Assembly (NCBI GenBank): GCA_001599295.1 | Contig: BCGN01000009.1 | Span: 310,001 to 374,000 of the forward strand | Source: Sporopachydermia quercuum | Taxonomy: Eukaryota | DNA length: 64,000 nt | Reading direction: 5' to 3' | Shown: piece after piece, positions 1-12,586 of the stretch | How positions within the stretch are numbered: position 1 is the first letter of the stretch | How the letters are laid out: every line of letters begins with the position of its first letter | Translations under genes and position numbers: made by a program | The notes under the pieces: generated by a model | What the model was told of the DNA's origin: nothing | Seen by the model: the letters and a program-made list of their open reading frames with translations, nothing else | The model's database searches: none

Positions 1-99
1 ATGATACCAGAAAGTTATACTCTTCTCTCAAGCAAACTATTAATTTTCTAAATTCGCAAAACTCCTAGAAGGAAAATCCAATAAATCGTAGCCTCACCA

Positions 100-600
100 A
101 CTGAAATGGTATAAAGGCTTGCTAATGGTAATGTTCATCCCTTCCCTCCTAGTAAGGAAGAAAGGACCTGAAAAACGGCTTTGAATTAAAGTTAAGGAAT
201 ACAACTGGAGAGTGAACATGTCACTAATAGTATCCGCGCTGCTCAAGGATGGGCTGTGTTAGTAATTTACACCAATATATTTACCAAAACCAATTTGAGT
301 ATAAGACGGACAATAATGAATGTCTAGATATTTTAAATGCAGTTTAAAATTTATTTGGATATCATTAAGATTAAGTAAACCATCTATTGAAAACTCACTT
401 AAAGTTGAGCNGTTGCTTTAAGGCTAAACCTTACTCGGAACAACGGCTTCGAAGCAGGTGAAGACAATACTACAATACTTGGCCTTACATCTATATGAAT
501 AAAGCAATATTCTGCTGTTATTCATCGCAATAGCATTCAAGTTATGCTTCTCTCAATGCAGNGGCCGAAACTGCAAGAATTGCCCATAAAAAAATTCCGC
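100..600 (+). pseudogene. Possible heavily decayed Ty1/copia-type retrotransposon integrase remnant
   Basis: Stop-interrupted peptides occur in copia-integrase order: HPFPPSKEERT* (~136-171), LESEH...GWAVLVIYTNIFTK (~205-288), LTRNNGFE (~430-453, cf. LRTDNGGE), and after a frameshift SLNAxAE (~549-569, cf. QNGVAE). It lies next to a tRNA gene. The similarity is weak and judged by eye. Confidence 0.3.
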
Positions 601-1022
601 CTAACAGTGGATAAAGAGCCTAACTGACTATTAAACGCGTTTTCACTATCGCTAACAACAAGTTTCATACTAAATAAATANAGCTCAAGCTTGCTTAGGC
701 TTTATAAAATAAACTTCTTCCAATAAGAAGTCTAATTAATGAATTAATCCGTCGCACCCACCCTTTTGATTTTCCTTCCCAAATCTGACAAAACATGACA
801 TCCGAGACAAGGAAATAGAATTGATAGTATACTGCTGNAGGTACTGTTATTCAGTTGTCACTAAGGAAACAACATCAGCATAGTATTAGTTGGNTAGAAC
901 AGAACTTAACGTTCAATAACTCAAAGATCTATAATTTGCAATGTTTTATCTCCTGTGGTATATAATCGAAATATGATAAATAATTTAGAAAGTAAGAATA
1001 AAAAAATAAAGGATAAAAAAAT

Positions 1023-1138
1023 TGCTCTAGGAGGGGATTGAACCCACGACCGTCGCGTTCCTCACACGACCGTGACATCAGCATAGACGTCGATATACGG
1101 CTATAAGCACGATGCGCTAACCTCTGCGCCACTAGAGC
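1023..1138 (-). tRNA. tRNA-Ile(UAU) with 43-nt intron (1059-1101)
   Basis: The reverse complement reads GCTCTAGTGGCGCAGAGGTTAGCGCATCGTGCT-TAT-A[intron]ACGCGACGGTCGTGGGTTCAATCCCCTCCTAGAGCA. It has a 7-bp acceptor stem, D and T arms, anticodon TAT at 1105-1103, an intron after nt 37 and an oligo-T terminator just downstream. It closely resembles yeast tRNA-Ile(UAU). Confidence 0.96.
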
Positions 1139-2263
1139 GGATACCGGAAGATAACGAGGTCAGAATATATGATGTGTTTTGAGAACGTAAACTGATAAGT
1201 GACTCATAATGATTAATTGTAGATATTGAAGAGTTTTGCAGAAGAGTTCTCGCCATATAGAGATAGTGTGTCAGAGAAGATAATTTTATGTATTTTCTAG
1301 TATGCTACAATCAAAATCTACAACCTCAACATTACAATTGTTGTTGAGCTTATAATTGTTAGCCGAAGGCATTTAGTCAATTCACTATATCTACAGCTGA
1401 AGTGAGATCACTGGTAATACGACGACTTCACATACTTCACATCAACAAATAAAATTAACTGAACAATATCCTAGTTTTGGTACTCGCAAAGGGTATCGTA
1501 AACATCTTCCTTTCATGTAATGAATAAAGATTGTTCATAAGGAAGATAATCAATCCTTCGAAAAGCAAGAACAAGTTAACCATTTCGTTTTCATGCATTT
1601 CTATGCAAAACTATGCATTAAAATGTATATGCAGTGTTATCTAAATCTTATANTTCCATTGCTGATGATGTTAGAAGTCAGCAAATGTCCCAGATTGAAT
1701 TCCTTGGTGCAGCATGTAACTTGAATAATCCATAACAATGTTAATCAACTTTTATAGGAGCTCCTCAAAAGCTACTCCTACACTCTTCTCTCTCTACCTC
1801 ATCCCATCCCATCTGCCCCCCTCGCTCAAACATACATAATTTTCGCATTATGCTATTTCCTTTCAATTCACATGTACTCACAAACCCATTTCTTCCCACC
1901 ACAAACTTTTCACATTTCAACCACAAAAAAATGAAGTCTACGCACAAATACTCATTTTGTTGCTTCATTTACTTTCTTCTGCTTTGCTACTCAACCAGCC
2001 TGCCTGTTTAGTTTTTGTTGCAACTATAGGATAAACACTCTATCTGTACAGAAAAGCCTGAATTTCATAACGAAAACACCGTTCTGCTTGACTTCAGATT
2101 CAATTGTTTTCTGGTGGCTTTCCGTTAGTATTCAGTTCGCTTTTGAACAAATAAGATACATAGACACTTAACATAGCTAGCGGCTAATTAGAAAGAAGTG
2201 GAATTCGAACCTTGTGTTAATAAGAGTCTCAGTACAAGGACAGGAAGGTCAATTGATTGGAAA

Positions 2264-5200
2264 ATGCCACCTAAGAAGAATCCGAAAGGCGAAGTCCTCA
2301 AGAAGGAAGATGTAAGTAGCTGTGCTGTGCCTTTCTGAACTGTTAGGGAATGTGAAAGGGAATAAGAGGGAAATGAAAGGGAATGAAAGGGAATGAAAGG
2401 GAATGCTCTGCTGAGTGCGAAGTAGGGGGGATTGTGTTTGCGCATGGTAGTACGTTTTATATACGGATTATTGCTGTCTGCTGATTTATTTCACTTTGAT
2501 AGTGTTAGAGTCAACGAATGAGTTTTCATCAAGACGCAGGGCTTAGAATGTTCGAAGCTCAATGCTGATACCTCGACTGACAGTAGTGCTACTGGTACAC
2601 TAGTATTATGATTATTATTATTAGTATAATATAGTACTATATTACTACTAGTTGGTGCAGTTGATATAACTCTTGATTTAGACGTAACTCTGCTGATGAT
2701 GCTTTTGATGATTAGCGCTTACATTTTTTTGAATTTGTTTATCATTGTTGCTATTGTCCTCTATGCTGATCAGTATAAATCACAGTGTCTATCAGTGGTG
2801 TTGTCAAAAGTTTTACCAGAAATCACCTAGTATAGATTGTAGAAAGAAATAGACAATTAGACAAGATATTGAATGTTCCTTGAGTATTCTCTTTGTTCAA
2901 TAGATCAAAGAGAATCACCTCAATTGCTTGTCTGATAGTTCGGCTACTTCTAAACTACTGTACTGGTACTCTGTTAACACTAAACTAAAACATTGTTTAA
3001 TTCNTTGCTACAATTCGCNAAATATTTATAGTTTGAGACTCCCCAAAAACAATACCATAAATCTGTCTTCAATCTTGAGATGCTAACAACTTCTTTTTAG
3101 AGACTTCAAGCTGTGGTGCTGAGTGATTCTTATGAGACACGTTTTATGCCATTAACTAGTGTTAAACCAAGAGTATGTTAGNAATAATTTGAAAATATAT
3201 ATATGATTTTAGAGGAATCAGGATGGAATTTTGTTGGATATCAAAGATGATTGTTGAGAGCTGTTGCTTTGAGATAATATCATGAATTGATGAATAATCA
3301 ACTGATGATCCACGGTAGTTACCTGTATGTTTGAGAGGTCGATTGAAGGATTAAAAGATTGAATTAACGATTGAACGGCTGACGTTGAATTTGGGAGTAT
3401 AGCGGCATAGGAGTAGTCATAATAACAATTATGCTCTTATTGTATTCAGATATGCTACCAAAATTCCCGAAAGTGTCGTTACACATGAGATTAAACTATT
3501 CAATAAGGGGAACTATATTCGTTCATTTAAGAATAAACATTCAACGTACTCAACATACAATATAATGATAAGAATCAGCTGACCATAAGTGTACTAATGA
3601 TTGCTATGGCTANTTGCTATGTCCTCTTTACATGTCAGTATGTCTCCTATCTGTCGTGTTGGTATGCAATTCACACTATATGCACATTTGTTTCCGATGA
3701 GATGGTAACCAAGGGCACATGGCATTATATCAGCTTGACATACTATCAACAACATACTATATAAACTGGCAATACCAGGACATTTCAGTATGATTAACAA
3801 TTAATGCGTAATGTGCTAGACGTTCTATTACAACTAACAGCTAATAAACATCAAGGCACAGCATATCGTTCATTTTGCTATCTGAATCNAAGCTCAGTCT
3901 TCACTTCACCTGCAACGATCACACACCTTTACAATAATCTTCTCAGCGATCAACATATCCAACTACCGTACTGTCTTTGTAACCAGCTAATATCTTTTCC
4001 TTCTTTCGCCTACTATTACTAACATCCTAAGTGTCTCTTGCCTCTAGCAAATGTACCCTTAATTGAATATACCTTAGAATTCCTAGCAAGAGCTGGCGTT
4101 GACGAAGTTTATGTAATGTGTTCCTCCCATGCGGACCAAGTACAGGAATACCTCGAAAACTCCAAGTGGAGCAGACCATGGTCACCCTTCAAAGTGCAGA
4201 CTATCCCTGCATTGGAATCATACTCTGTCGGTGATGCCATGCGGGACCTTGATAACAGAGGTCTCATTACGTCTGACTTCCTTCTAGTATCTGGCGATGT
4301 CGTTTCCAATCTCCAGTTCGACGAGGCATTAAAAGCTCATCGTGATTGTAAAGCAAAGGATAGAAATACCATTATGACAATGGTATTGAGAGAAAGTTCC
4401 AGTTTTCATAGGACCCGTTCTCATATAGAATCTGCTGTTTATGCCTTTGACGAGGACACAAACCGCTGTCTAGCTTATGCCGACTTGCCCATGCCATCTC
4501 CCGGTAAATGGCACCATTATTCCAATAACAGGCAAGGCAAACAACGGGGAAAGACCAGTGGGTACAAGTCACGGACTAAGTCTTTTATCGAAATCGACTC
4601 AGAGATCTTTGACGAGCATGAAAACCTCGTGATTCGCAACGATCTTATTGACTGTCATGTAGATATCTGCACTCCTCAGGTGCCTATTCTCTTCCAAGAA
4701 AACTTTGACTACCAAAATTTGCGATCTGATTTTGTGAAAGGTATTTTAACCTCAGATATCCTTGGGAAAACCATCTATGGCTGCTTTATCAATAACACGG
4801 ACTATGCTGCCAGAGTTGAGTCCATTCAAACCTACGATGCTATTTCCAAAGACGTTATTGCTCGTTGGGCTTATCCCGTGTGCCCTGATAGCAATATTCT
4901 GGAAGATCAAACATATTCCTACTCCAGTGCTCATGCGCATGGCCATATGTATAAAGAGACGGGCGTTGTTTTGGCCCATTCATGCGTTATTCATTCCGGT
5001 ACAGTCATTGGCAGCAAAACAAGCATTGGAGATGGTTCCTTAGTGAGCGCCAGTGTGCTAGGGCGCAACTGTAAAATAGGAAACAACGTGAAGCTGGAAA
5101 ACGCTTATGTTTGGGACGGCGTGGTGATTGAAGATGACGTTGTTGTACGGAATGCTATTGTAGGTTTCAATGCTGTACTCAAGAAAGGCTCAATGGTGCT

Positions 5201-6380
5201 GGATGGTAGCGTTGTTGGCGTGGAGGTAACGGTGGGTACCAATGTCGTGATAGATGGCTTAAAACTGATCAAGGAGATTCCAGAAGACGATGGGAATGGC
5301 GATTTATCGTTAAGCAGTTTCAGTGACAGTGAAAATGAAAATGGAANTGAAAGTGAAGAGGAGGCAGCTGAACAGGAAGACGTCGAAGAAAGTACGATCG
5401 ACAATACTCCTGGTGTTGAAGGAGCTTCTGGTAGAAAGCTTTCGCATTCCAGCGTGGTACGTGACAGTTCTATTGTCGGTTCTGACGGTGTAGGATTCCT
5501 GTTTGAACCAGAGAATGATAACGACGACGATGACGATGACGATTACGACGACGACGACGACACTACAGACTCAGCATCCGTTTCAACAGCAAGCAGCTCC
5601 CAACGCGATAGTGTAAGCGACCTAGCGAACAGACTACGTGTGCTAAACGTGTCTGACACGAGTATTGAATCATTGAGTAACCATGACGCCGGCTCCAGCA
5701 CAGGATCTATTTATCATCATACTAGAAGCGGCTCCCAAGGGTCATATCTTGGCGTAGCACCCAAAAGAAAAAAGAATAGATCATACAGTACGAATAGTAT
5801 GGTAAGTGCTACTACAGCTGCCTCAGATGATGGATATGCATATAGTGGCCATACCGATGAAGAAAATTTCAGCAGAGAAGCTATTCTTTCCCTTGAGCGA
5901 GCGTTCCAGGAAAACCATGAACTCGACACGGCAGTATTAGAACTGAACACGCTAAGAATGGCCATGAATGTTGGTTATCATGAAGTAAGAAAAGCCACCA
6001 TAACAGCGTTAATTAATAGAATATACAACTTCATTGATACCAATACATTAGGTGTCAAGGATGCAGTGTTGAAGACATTAGGCCAATGGTGCGCCTTTTT
6101 TAAAAGACAAGTGTTTGATCCTGAAGACGAAATTGATCTCTTGATGCTTTTCCAGAAGGAATGTGCTAGCAAACGTAGAAAGACCCACGGAGCAAGTGTT
6201 TTGTTCCATGTGGTAAACTATCTGTATGAGGAAGATTATGTTTCAGAGGAAAGGATATACGAATGGTGGGATAGTGAAGCAAGTGTTGCAACGGAAGCAT
6301 TGACAGAGGTTAGAAAGTTGACTGGGAAGTTTGTTGAATGGCTGAGAGATGCCGAGGAAGAGTCTTCCGATGATGAATAG
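2264..6380 (+). CDS. GCD6: Translation initiation factor eIF2B epsilon subunit; 3 exons 2264-2311, 3101-3172, 4032-6380
   Basis: The spliced N-terminus MPPKKNPKGEVLKKED|RLQAVVLSDSYETRFMPLTSVKPR|CLLPLANVPLIEYTLEFL matches Gcd6. It has a nucleotidyltransferase-like domain, hexapeptide beta-helix and C-terminal W2 domain (FVEWLRDAEEES). Introns: 2312-3100 (GTAAGT..TGCTAAC..TAG) and 3173-4031 (GTATGT..TACTAAC..AAG). Confidence 0.96.
2346..2405 (+). repeat. Imperfect 10-bp minisatellite (GAAAGGGAAT)n with six GGG tracts in GCD6 intron 1
   Basis: GGG at 2346, 2358, 2368, 2379, 2389 and 2399, seen directly. Confidence 0.85.
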
Positions 6381-9016
6381 GCAGTGGCAGGAGAGGATTG
6401 GAAATGCTAGAAATGCAAAAAGAAGATGATAGGAACAAATGAACGTTTGGTGTTTAGAGCTGGTGTTGGTGTGAATATAGGGGCTGATTTTGATGATAAG
6501 ACTGGTAATGTTTTGCCGTGTCAATGGGTGAAGTCGGATAAGATAAGGAAAAAAGCAATCCACTTACAGCAACAGTAAGTGCCTCAGTTATGCATTGTGA
6601 AGATAATAATGAAAGATAAATCATTTTTATCATACTGAACTTCAGCTTATAAAGCAGGTGTCGATATTTTTGATTTACTATCAGATGATTTTGCTNTACC
6701 AGATTTGAATATATTATCGTTTTTGCAATAAAACATTGCAGANGCCTTGCAGTATTAGCAACACAGAAAATAATAATAATTCATCTGCAAATGTTACAAA
6801 TGTGCAGTAATTTTAATTGGTCAAATATGTAGCTCTTAGATTACAAATACCGACAATAATTCCAGTCCATTTAACTTCTTTCAACATGAACAATATGATT
6901 TCTATTGGGATACAATACAATAAGGATATCGCACATACTGACAGTAAAAATCAGCTTCAATTCTTTCAATTTATCAATCAGTATACCAAATCACCTACGT
7001 AACATCATATTATGTGACTCCTAACCATTCCAANNTTGATAGCCATGTCCCAATTATTGGGAGGAAGGGCCTTATTTAATCCAATGTTTGATCATTAAAA
7101 TAGAGGATGATTGAATCTGGTTCTCCAGCATAAAATCATTCTAAGAATTGTAGCGTTCGTTGCAATTGCAGTATTATTTTGAAGAGAACGAAGATTGCTG
7201 ATTGCTAATTACAAGTTNTTCCCTATGGGTCGGAATCAAAGTCATTGACATCCAGAAGCATTGCCAAAGGTTCATTCTTCTACAATTGAACTGATATTCA
7301 TATATTCATTTCCTGTTCATATAATTTCCTATCAATCAGTAAGTACTACCTAATAATCAACTATACTTGAGTCAATTAGCAATAGTTAATCGTTTCACGA
7401 GCAGAGCTAAAGGCAGTTGAGAGAACTATGTACTGTGATTGATTTATCCTTCCTACAAGAATCGAAACTGAATTATTTCGATCCAAAAATATAATATTAG
7501 TATTCTTGAAGGATCTGGTGATTATTCTCATTGTAATTACTGGAATTAAAGGTCTGCTAATAAGATCAAGATATGTCTTTGGTGCAAACAATGTATAAAG
7601 ATTTCGATCAATAGTATCAGTAATATCCACAGGTCTTCGTATATGTTACATATGATCAATTGTCTAATGGTTGTTTAACTGATGAAGTTAAATGGTAAAG
7701 CTTTAGTATACATACCTAATCTTTTCAGCTTATAATTAACCTGAAATTTAATCGATTCATTGGTTTGAATTCGTCTTTGGTTAGCTGTCGTTTTTGTATA
7801 TTTCTAACAAGGTTTGTCCTGTGACCTGTACAACTAACATTAACTCTTCCATGCTCAGCGTGAATTTCGAATATCATTCATTGCTTCAACGAAGATCAAC
7901 TGCTACTAATTTTAGCGCGATTTATTTCATGTTTTGTTGATTTATTTGAGTTATTTTGATTTATTTTGCAAAACTTTATAGATGTTTTGCTAAGTTACGA
8001 GGATTCCCAAGAATAGCACACTAATTAGGTCCTTTGCTTCGCTCTTCTGAAGAAGATGGTTTCTTATCACTCTGTATCAGATCAGAAAGAGCTAATAGAA
8101 TCTTAGACTTTCGCGGCAATTAGTGATAATTGATTTTATTAAGGCCCCTTTTTACCGCAGATGTGTATTAGTACGGTTTGATAGTGAATTGTAAAAGTTT
8201 TATATAATATCGCTGATCATTTGGTGGATTCTCTAGCTGCATGTATTATGGACAGCCTTACTCATTGAACCAAAGCACTTTTAGACCAGAATAGCAACAA
8301 AATAGTTAGTAGTTATTATATATGATTAATTGATATGAAATTAGATTGGTCAAATGTACTACTTGCTGTTGTCATAGTCTTGATAGCTTCTAGTAAGGGT
8401 AGATATGAAACTGAGTAATAATATTTATACATTGGAACTTCATACTTCGGCCACCGTTCTGTATTGGCAGTTAAAACATAGAGCATGGACATTTTTACTT
8501 GTTGTTCGCTAACTAAAACGTGTTCTTTTCTTTTTTTTTTTTTGGTTAGAAACGTAACTTATCTTCTGAGGAACATTCTTTTGACCAAGAGGAGATTCAA
8601 ATGAAGTGAATATCTACTAAGAGTATTTACCGCTGGTTCAACAAAAGGAAGAATAAGGAGGAGACACTCTTTCATTTCCAAAGTTTTCGGCGTATCTTAA
8701 ACAAGGATTATCAAAACAAGCTGATGTAAAATAGATGATATTGTTCGAAAGCACGTTGACAAGGATGTTCACACAGAGATAGAGCTGAAACTGACTGAAA
8801 TTAGTCTATGTCTATCAATCAGTTTAAGGTGTCTTTTTATGAACATAACCATTTACAAAAACAACCATTTGGCAACATTCTATTTCTCTCCTGCTATTCA
8901 TTTATTCAAAAATATCATGCTTACTACTATTCACACCCCATTCATATTTTCATTAGCAACATTAAAATTACAACACTACCAAAGCATAAATAAGACACAA
9001 TCCATAAATCCATAGC

Positions 9017-10143
9017 CTACTTAAACGAAACCCTCTTCTTGATTTTCATTCCAGTTATCTTTGGCACATTTCCAACACTTCCATTCTCTTCCCCAAGCGG
9101 ATTCTTCCCTTTTCCTTTGATTTTACTCTTTAACTCACCCTTCTTCTTCTCTAGTTTCTCTTTCTTCATTGCTTCTCGTTTTTCCATTTCCGCGCGTCGC
9201 AGTTCTCTGATCTGCTCTAAATTCCTTGCCTTCTCTAGTTTACTTTCATTTGCTTTGTCTACTTTTTCATTCACCGTAGCCAAAATTCTCATCATTGCAC
9301 TCTCGTCAGCAAACACTTTGCCTTTTTTTCCTCTTACCCGTTTAGCTCCAGGAGCAACAGCTTTGTTCAGAGTTGGAATCTGCAGGTCTTTTTCCGAGTA
9401 CTTCTATTTCTTGTTAGTATGAATTTATAACTATTAAAAGGATAGGTTAAGTGTTCCGTTTTCTGCTATTTGAATATTGGATGAGCAAAAGGGAAAATAG
9501 AATATGTCCATTCAATTGATGATCATAGGGTAGGTTTCTCATGTGTTCGTTCTACTTGGGTGATTTGTATCTCAGGAATAAACAAGCGAGCAGATCTGAG
9601 GAGGTAAAATAAAGCATTTAGTTCTTCTAAGTGAAAGTGAGAAAATCCAATAATCCGATAAATTTGAGACTTATTGAAAGTTGAGATATTCAGACGATGA
9701 AAAACTCATTACATCAATATACAAAGCAATTGGTAATGAAGGTCACTATATTGCAGAAAGATCAAACCACGAACTCAAATGCGATTATGGAAACACCGTT
9801 GAATGCAATAGTGAGATCAATAAGAGCAAAAATATCTTATCAGGTTCCTTATTTCTCAAAAGACTTCTACTGATCTACTTTCTTATCAGTCAACAGCACA
9901 AACCATCATCATCATAACATTTCATATACTTACAGATGGATCGATTCTTTTCCGTTTTGTTAGCTTTGCAATATCCTTCTTTGTAAGCTTTGGCTGCCCC
10001 TTTTTACCAACTTTTTTTGTATTATCAAATGCCAAAAGATTTTTAGCCTGTCCATCACTGAATACTTCGTGATCTACACTTCTCTTCTTATTTGTAGTGG
10101 CAGCTCTTTTCTCTGTCACTGTTTTCGTTCTAGGTCTCCCCAT
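9017..10143 (-). CDS. LOC1: 60S ribosome assembly/mRNA localisation factor Loc1; exons 10143-9934 and 9403-9017
   Basis: Exon 2 starts [33 protein letters not shown] (Loc1 signature) and has a Lys-rich C-terminus ending KKRVSFK. Intron 9404-9933 (GTAAGT..TACTAAC..TAG) keeps the frame. Confidence 0.9.
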
Positions 10144-11028
10144 AGTTATTGTTATGTGTGTTTGTTTATATATCAAGATATCTATATATAAGGGGGACGC
10201 CGTGCAATTGTGATAAAATGCAGTAGTCTAATGCAATAAATAACAGGAATTATCTCGATATCTTTACATTCACACTTACATTCAGTCAGCTGTTAATAGA
10301 AGATAAAGCAAAAATGAGGCTTTCACTCAATAAAAATATTTTTTATTGTTTAGAGAAAATATAGGTGTCTTATAAGGAGTAAAATTGTACGAGTTAAACA
10401 TTAAGTCTCGCTTTGCGATTTGGTTTTGTAATTAATTGGATTGCACATAATTGAATTTAGTAATATCATGTAATTGTGCAAAAGAAATATAGATACAAAT
10501 CGCAATTGTGAGTTTGTGCCTATCAATTGCTCACATTTGCAAATGTTAAGCTGTAATCACATGTTGGCTGGACATATCTGTTACTCCGTTGTTATGACTG
10601 TTATCAGAATTTCAAAGAGCTTGTTGGTAAGTTGTATAGCAGTGAAGTGTGTGTTATTATAGCAGCCCGACAGGTGGGAAAGAATTTGGATAGAAGAGAG
10701 AATCCATTTTGAAGAGTTTTGTCTGACTCAATAGGTGTATACTACTTAATTGATAGTGCCACTCTGGGAGACAACACGTCAGACTGTGCATCCGAGATTG
10801 CGGATCTTAAGGTTACTTATTGTAGATCTTTTGAACTGATCAGACAAACAGGTCAGATGGAAATGCGACGGGTACTCGATTATTGATTGAAACGAGCTCA
10901 CCACGACAAGAAAATCATTGAACCTTTTGTGTTATCTCTATAAGGAAGAAAGTCATTCACTGTCTTCCTTGTATCTACGCTTCCCATAGCATCAATCCAT
11001 TTGTCAAACAACACAATCTAGGTACAGG

Positions 11029-12105
11029 ATGCCTAAAACTTCCTCCGCCAAAATCACTACTCAAATGAAACTCTCATCGTCTGAATTGAGATCATTCCAT
11101 ATACATCTGCAAAAGTCAAAGAAGATAATAGCTCTAGTAGGTGCCGGCCTTTCTGCATCGTCAGGACTACCAACCTTTAGAGGTGCCGGTGGATTATGGA
11201 GAAACTACGATGCCATGGATCTTGCCACACCGGAGGCTTTTGAGAACGATCCTTCATTGGTATGGCAGTTTTACTCGCATAGAAGGGGAACCGCATTGAG
11301 AGCTAAGCCAAATAATGGTCATTATGCATTAGCCCAGCTGGCGAAGAAACGAGAGAACTTCCTTACTTTAACACAGAACGTCGACAGTCTAAGTGATCGT
11401 GCAGGTCATCCTCAAAATCAGCTTTTGAAACTGCATGGCGATCTCTTCACTCTGAAATGCACAAACTTCTTTTGCACATATGTGGCTGAAAGAAACTATG
11501 ACCATCCATTGACTCCAGCTCTAAAAGACGAAACTAGGAAGACGGAAAAGAAAATACCAGCAAAAGAAGTGAATGAAAACCAAAGAAAAAGTACCGATAA
11601 TGAGCAGGCAAGTGTATCTACAGATAGTAGTGCATCATCTTCTGAAACCACCGCAAAAGGAAACGAAATACAAGAAACCAACGAAGAGCTGAAAAATCTG
11701 TCGTTTGATTTCCCTCCAGTGAAGAACATACCGGAAGAGGACTTGCCGCATTGTCCTAAATGTAAAAAGGGTCTTCTTAGACCAGGAGTTGTTTGGTTTG
11801 GTGAACCATTACCATTGAAAGTAGTTGACGCAGCAGATGAATTCATCTCGCAGGGTGGACCTGTGGATCTGATTATGGTAGTAGGAACAAGCGGTACTGT
11901 TTGGCCAGCAGCTGGGTACGTAGAGCGAGTGAAAATGAATGGGGGAAAAGTTGCCGTGTTCAATATAGACATTGATAATAAAGAAGTTATTGAACAGGAC
12001 GGTGGATGGGCATTTGTTGGCGATGCTGCCAAATGGCTGCCAATAGCTTTAGAACCTATAATAGGTAGGGATTATCTTCCCAAACATAGGGATAGACATT
12101 GGTAA
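11029..12105 (+). CDS. Class III sirtuin (SIRT5/CobB-like NAD-dependent deacylase, probable desuccinylase)
   Basis: Motifs GAGLSASSGLPTFRG, TQNVD, LHG, CxxxxC/CPKC zinc ligands, RPGVVWFGE and GTSG are present. The WQFYSHRR motif carries the Tyr/Arg pair typical of SIRT5-type succinyl specificity. Confidence 0.92.
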   Translation: MPKTSSAKITTQMKLSSSELRSFHIHLQKSKKIIALVGAGLSASSGLPTFRGAGGLWRNYDAMDLATPEAFENDPSLVWQFYSHRRGTALRAKPNNGHYALAQLAKKRENFLTLTQNVDSLSDRAGHPQNQLLKLHGDLFTLKCTNFFCTYVAERNYDHPLTPALKDETRKTEKKIPAKEVNENQRKSTDNEQASVSTDSSASSSETTAKGNEIQETNEELKNLSFDFPPVKNIPEEDLPHCPKCKKGLLRPGVVWFGEPLPLKVVDAADEFISQGGPVDLIMVVGTSGTVWPAAGYVERVKMNGGKVAVFNIDIDNKEVIEQDGGWAFVGDAAKWLPIALEPIIGRDYLPKHRDRHW

Positions 12106-12586
12106 GTAGCTGAAATTGCAGGTAGCTGGAAGTGAAATGGACATGGGCGAGACGTATAAAATAGATCATAAACTATGATGAGCAGATGAATCAATGAGGA
12201 ACGGCAAATGGTAAATAGTAACCAGAACTTATATAACAACGATAACTTTTATGATAATACAACGACATAACATAACGTAATGAATCCTTCTTTTAATACT
12301 CTATACTTTTTTGTCTATTTATATTGAAAAGCACTTGGTATCAGTTTTATGATACGACAGACAAATAAGAACAAAAAAATAAATGAATAATATAAGACAA
12401 ATAGTTATAAACATAATACTAAACACAATACTAATGACCATGTTTTATGAACAAATAAATAAATACATCAATCAAAGAAAGATGATAAGCCTCTTAGGTA
12501 ACATAACACTAGTTTCTATCAACATATATTGCGTTTGTACATACTGCAACGACGTTCAAACACATCAACAATTCCTTTAAAATGGC

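Noticed and set aside
929..1132. 67-aa ORF on the - strand
   Set aside because: It overlaps the tRNA-Ile gene and its terminator and starts at GTG, so it is spurious.
7680..7744. TGATGA...CTGA pair resembling a C/D snoRNA (also 18251-18299)
   Set aside because: Too short, with no convincing terminal stem or recognisable rRNA antisense guide.
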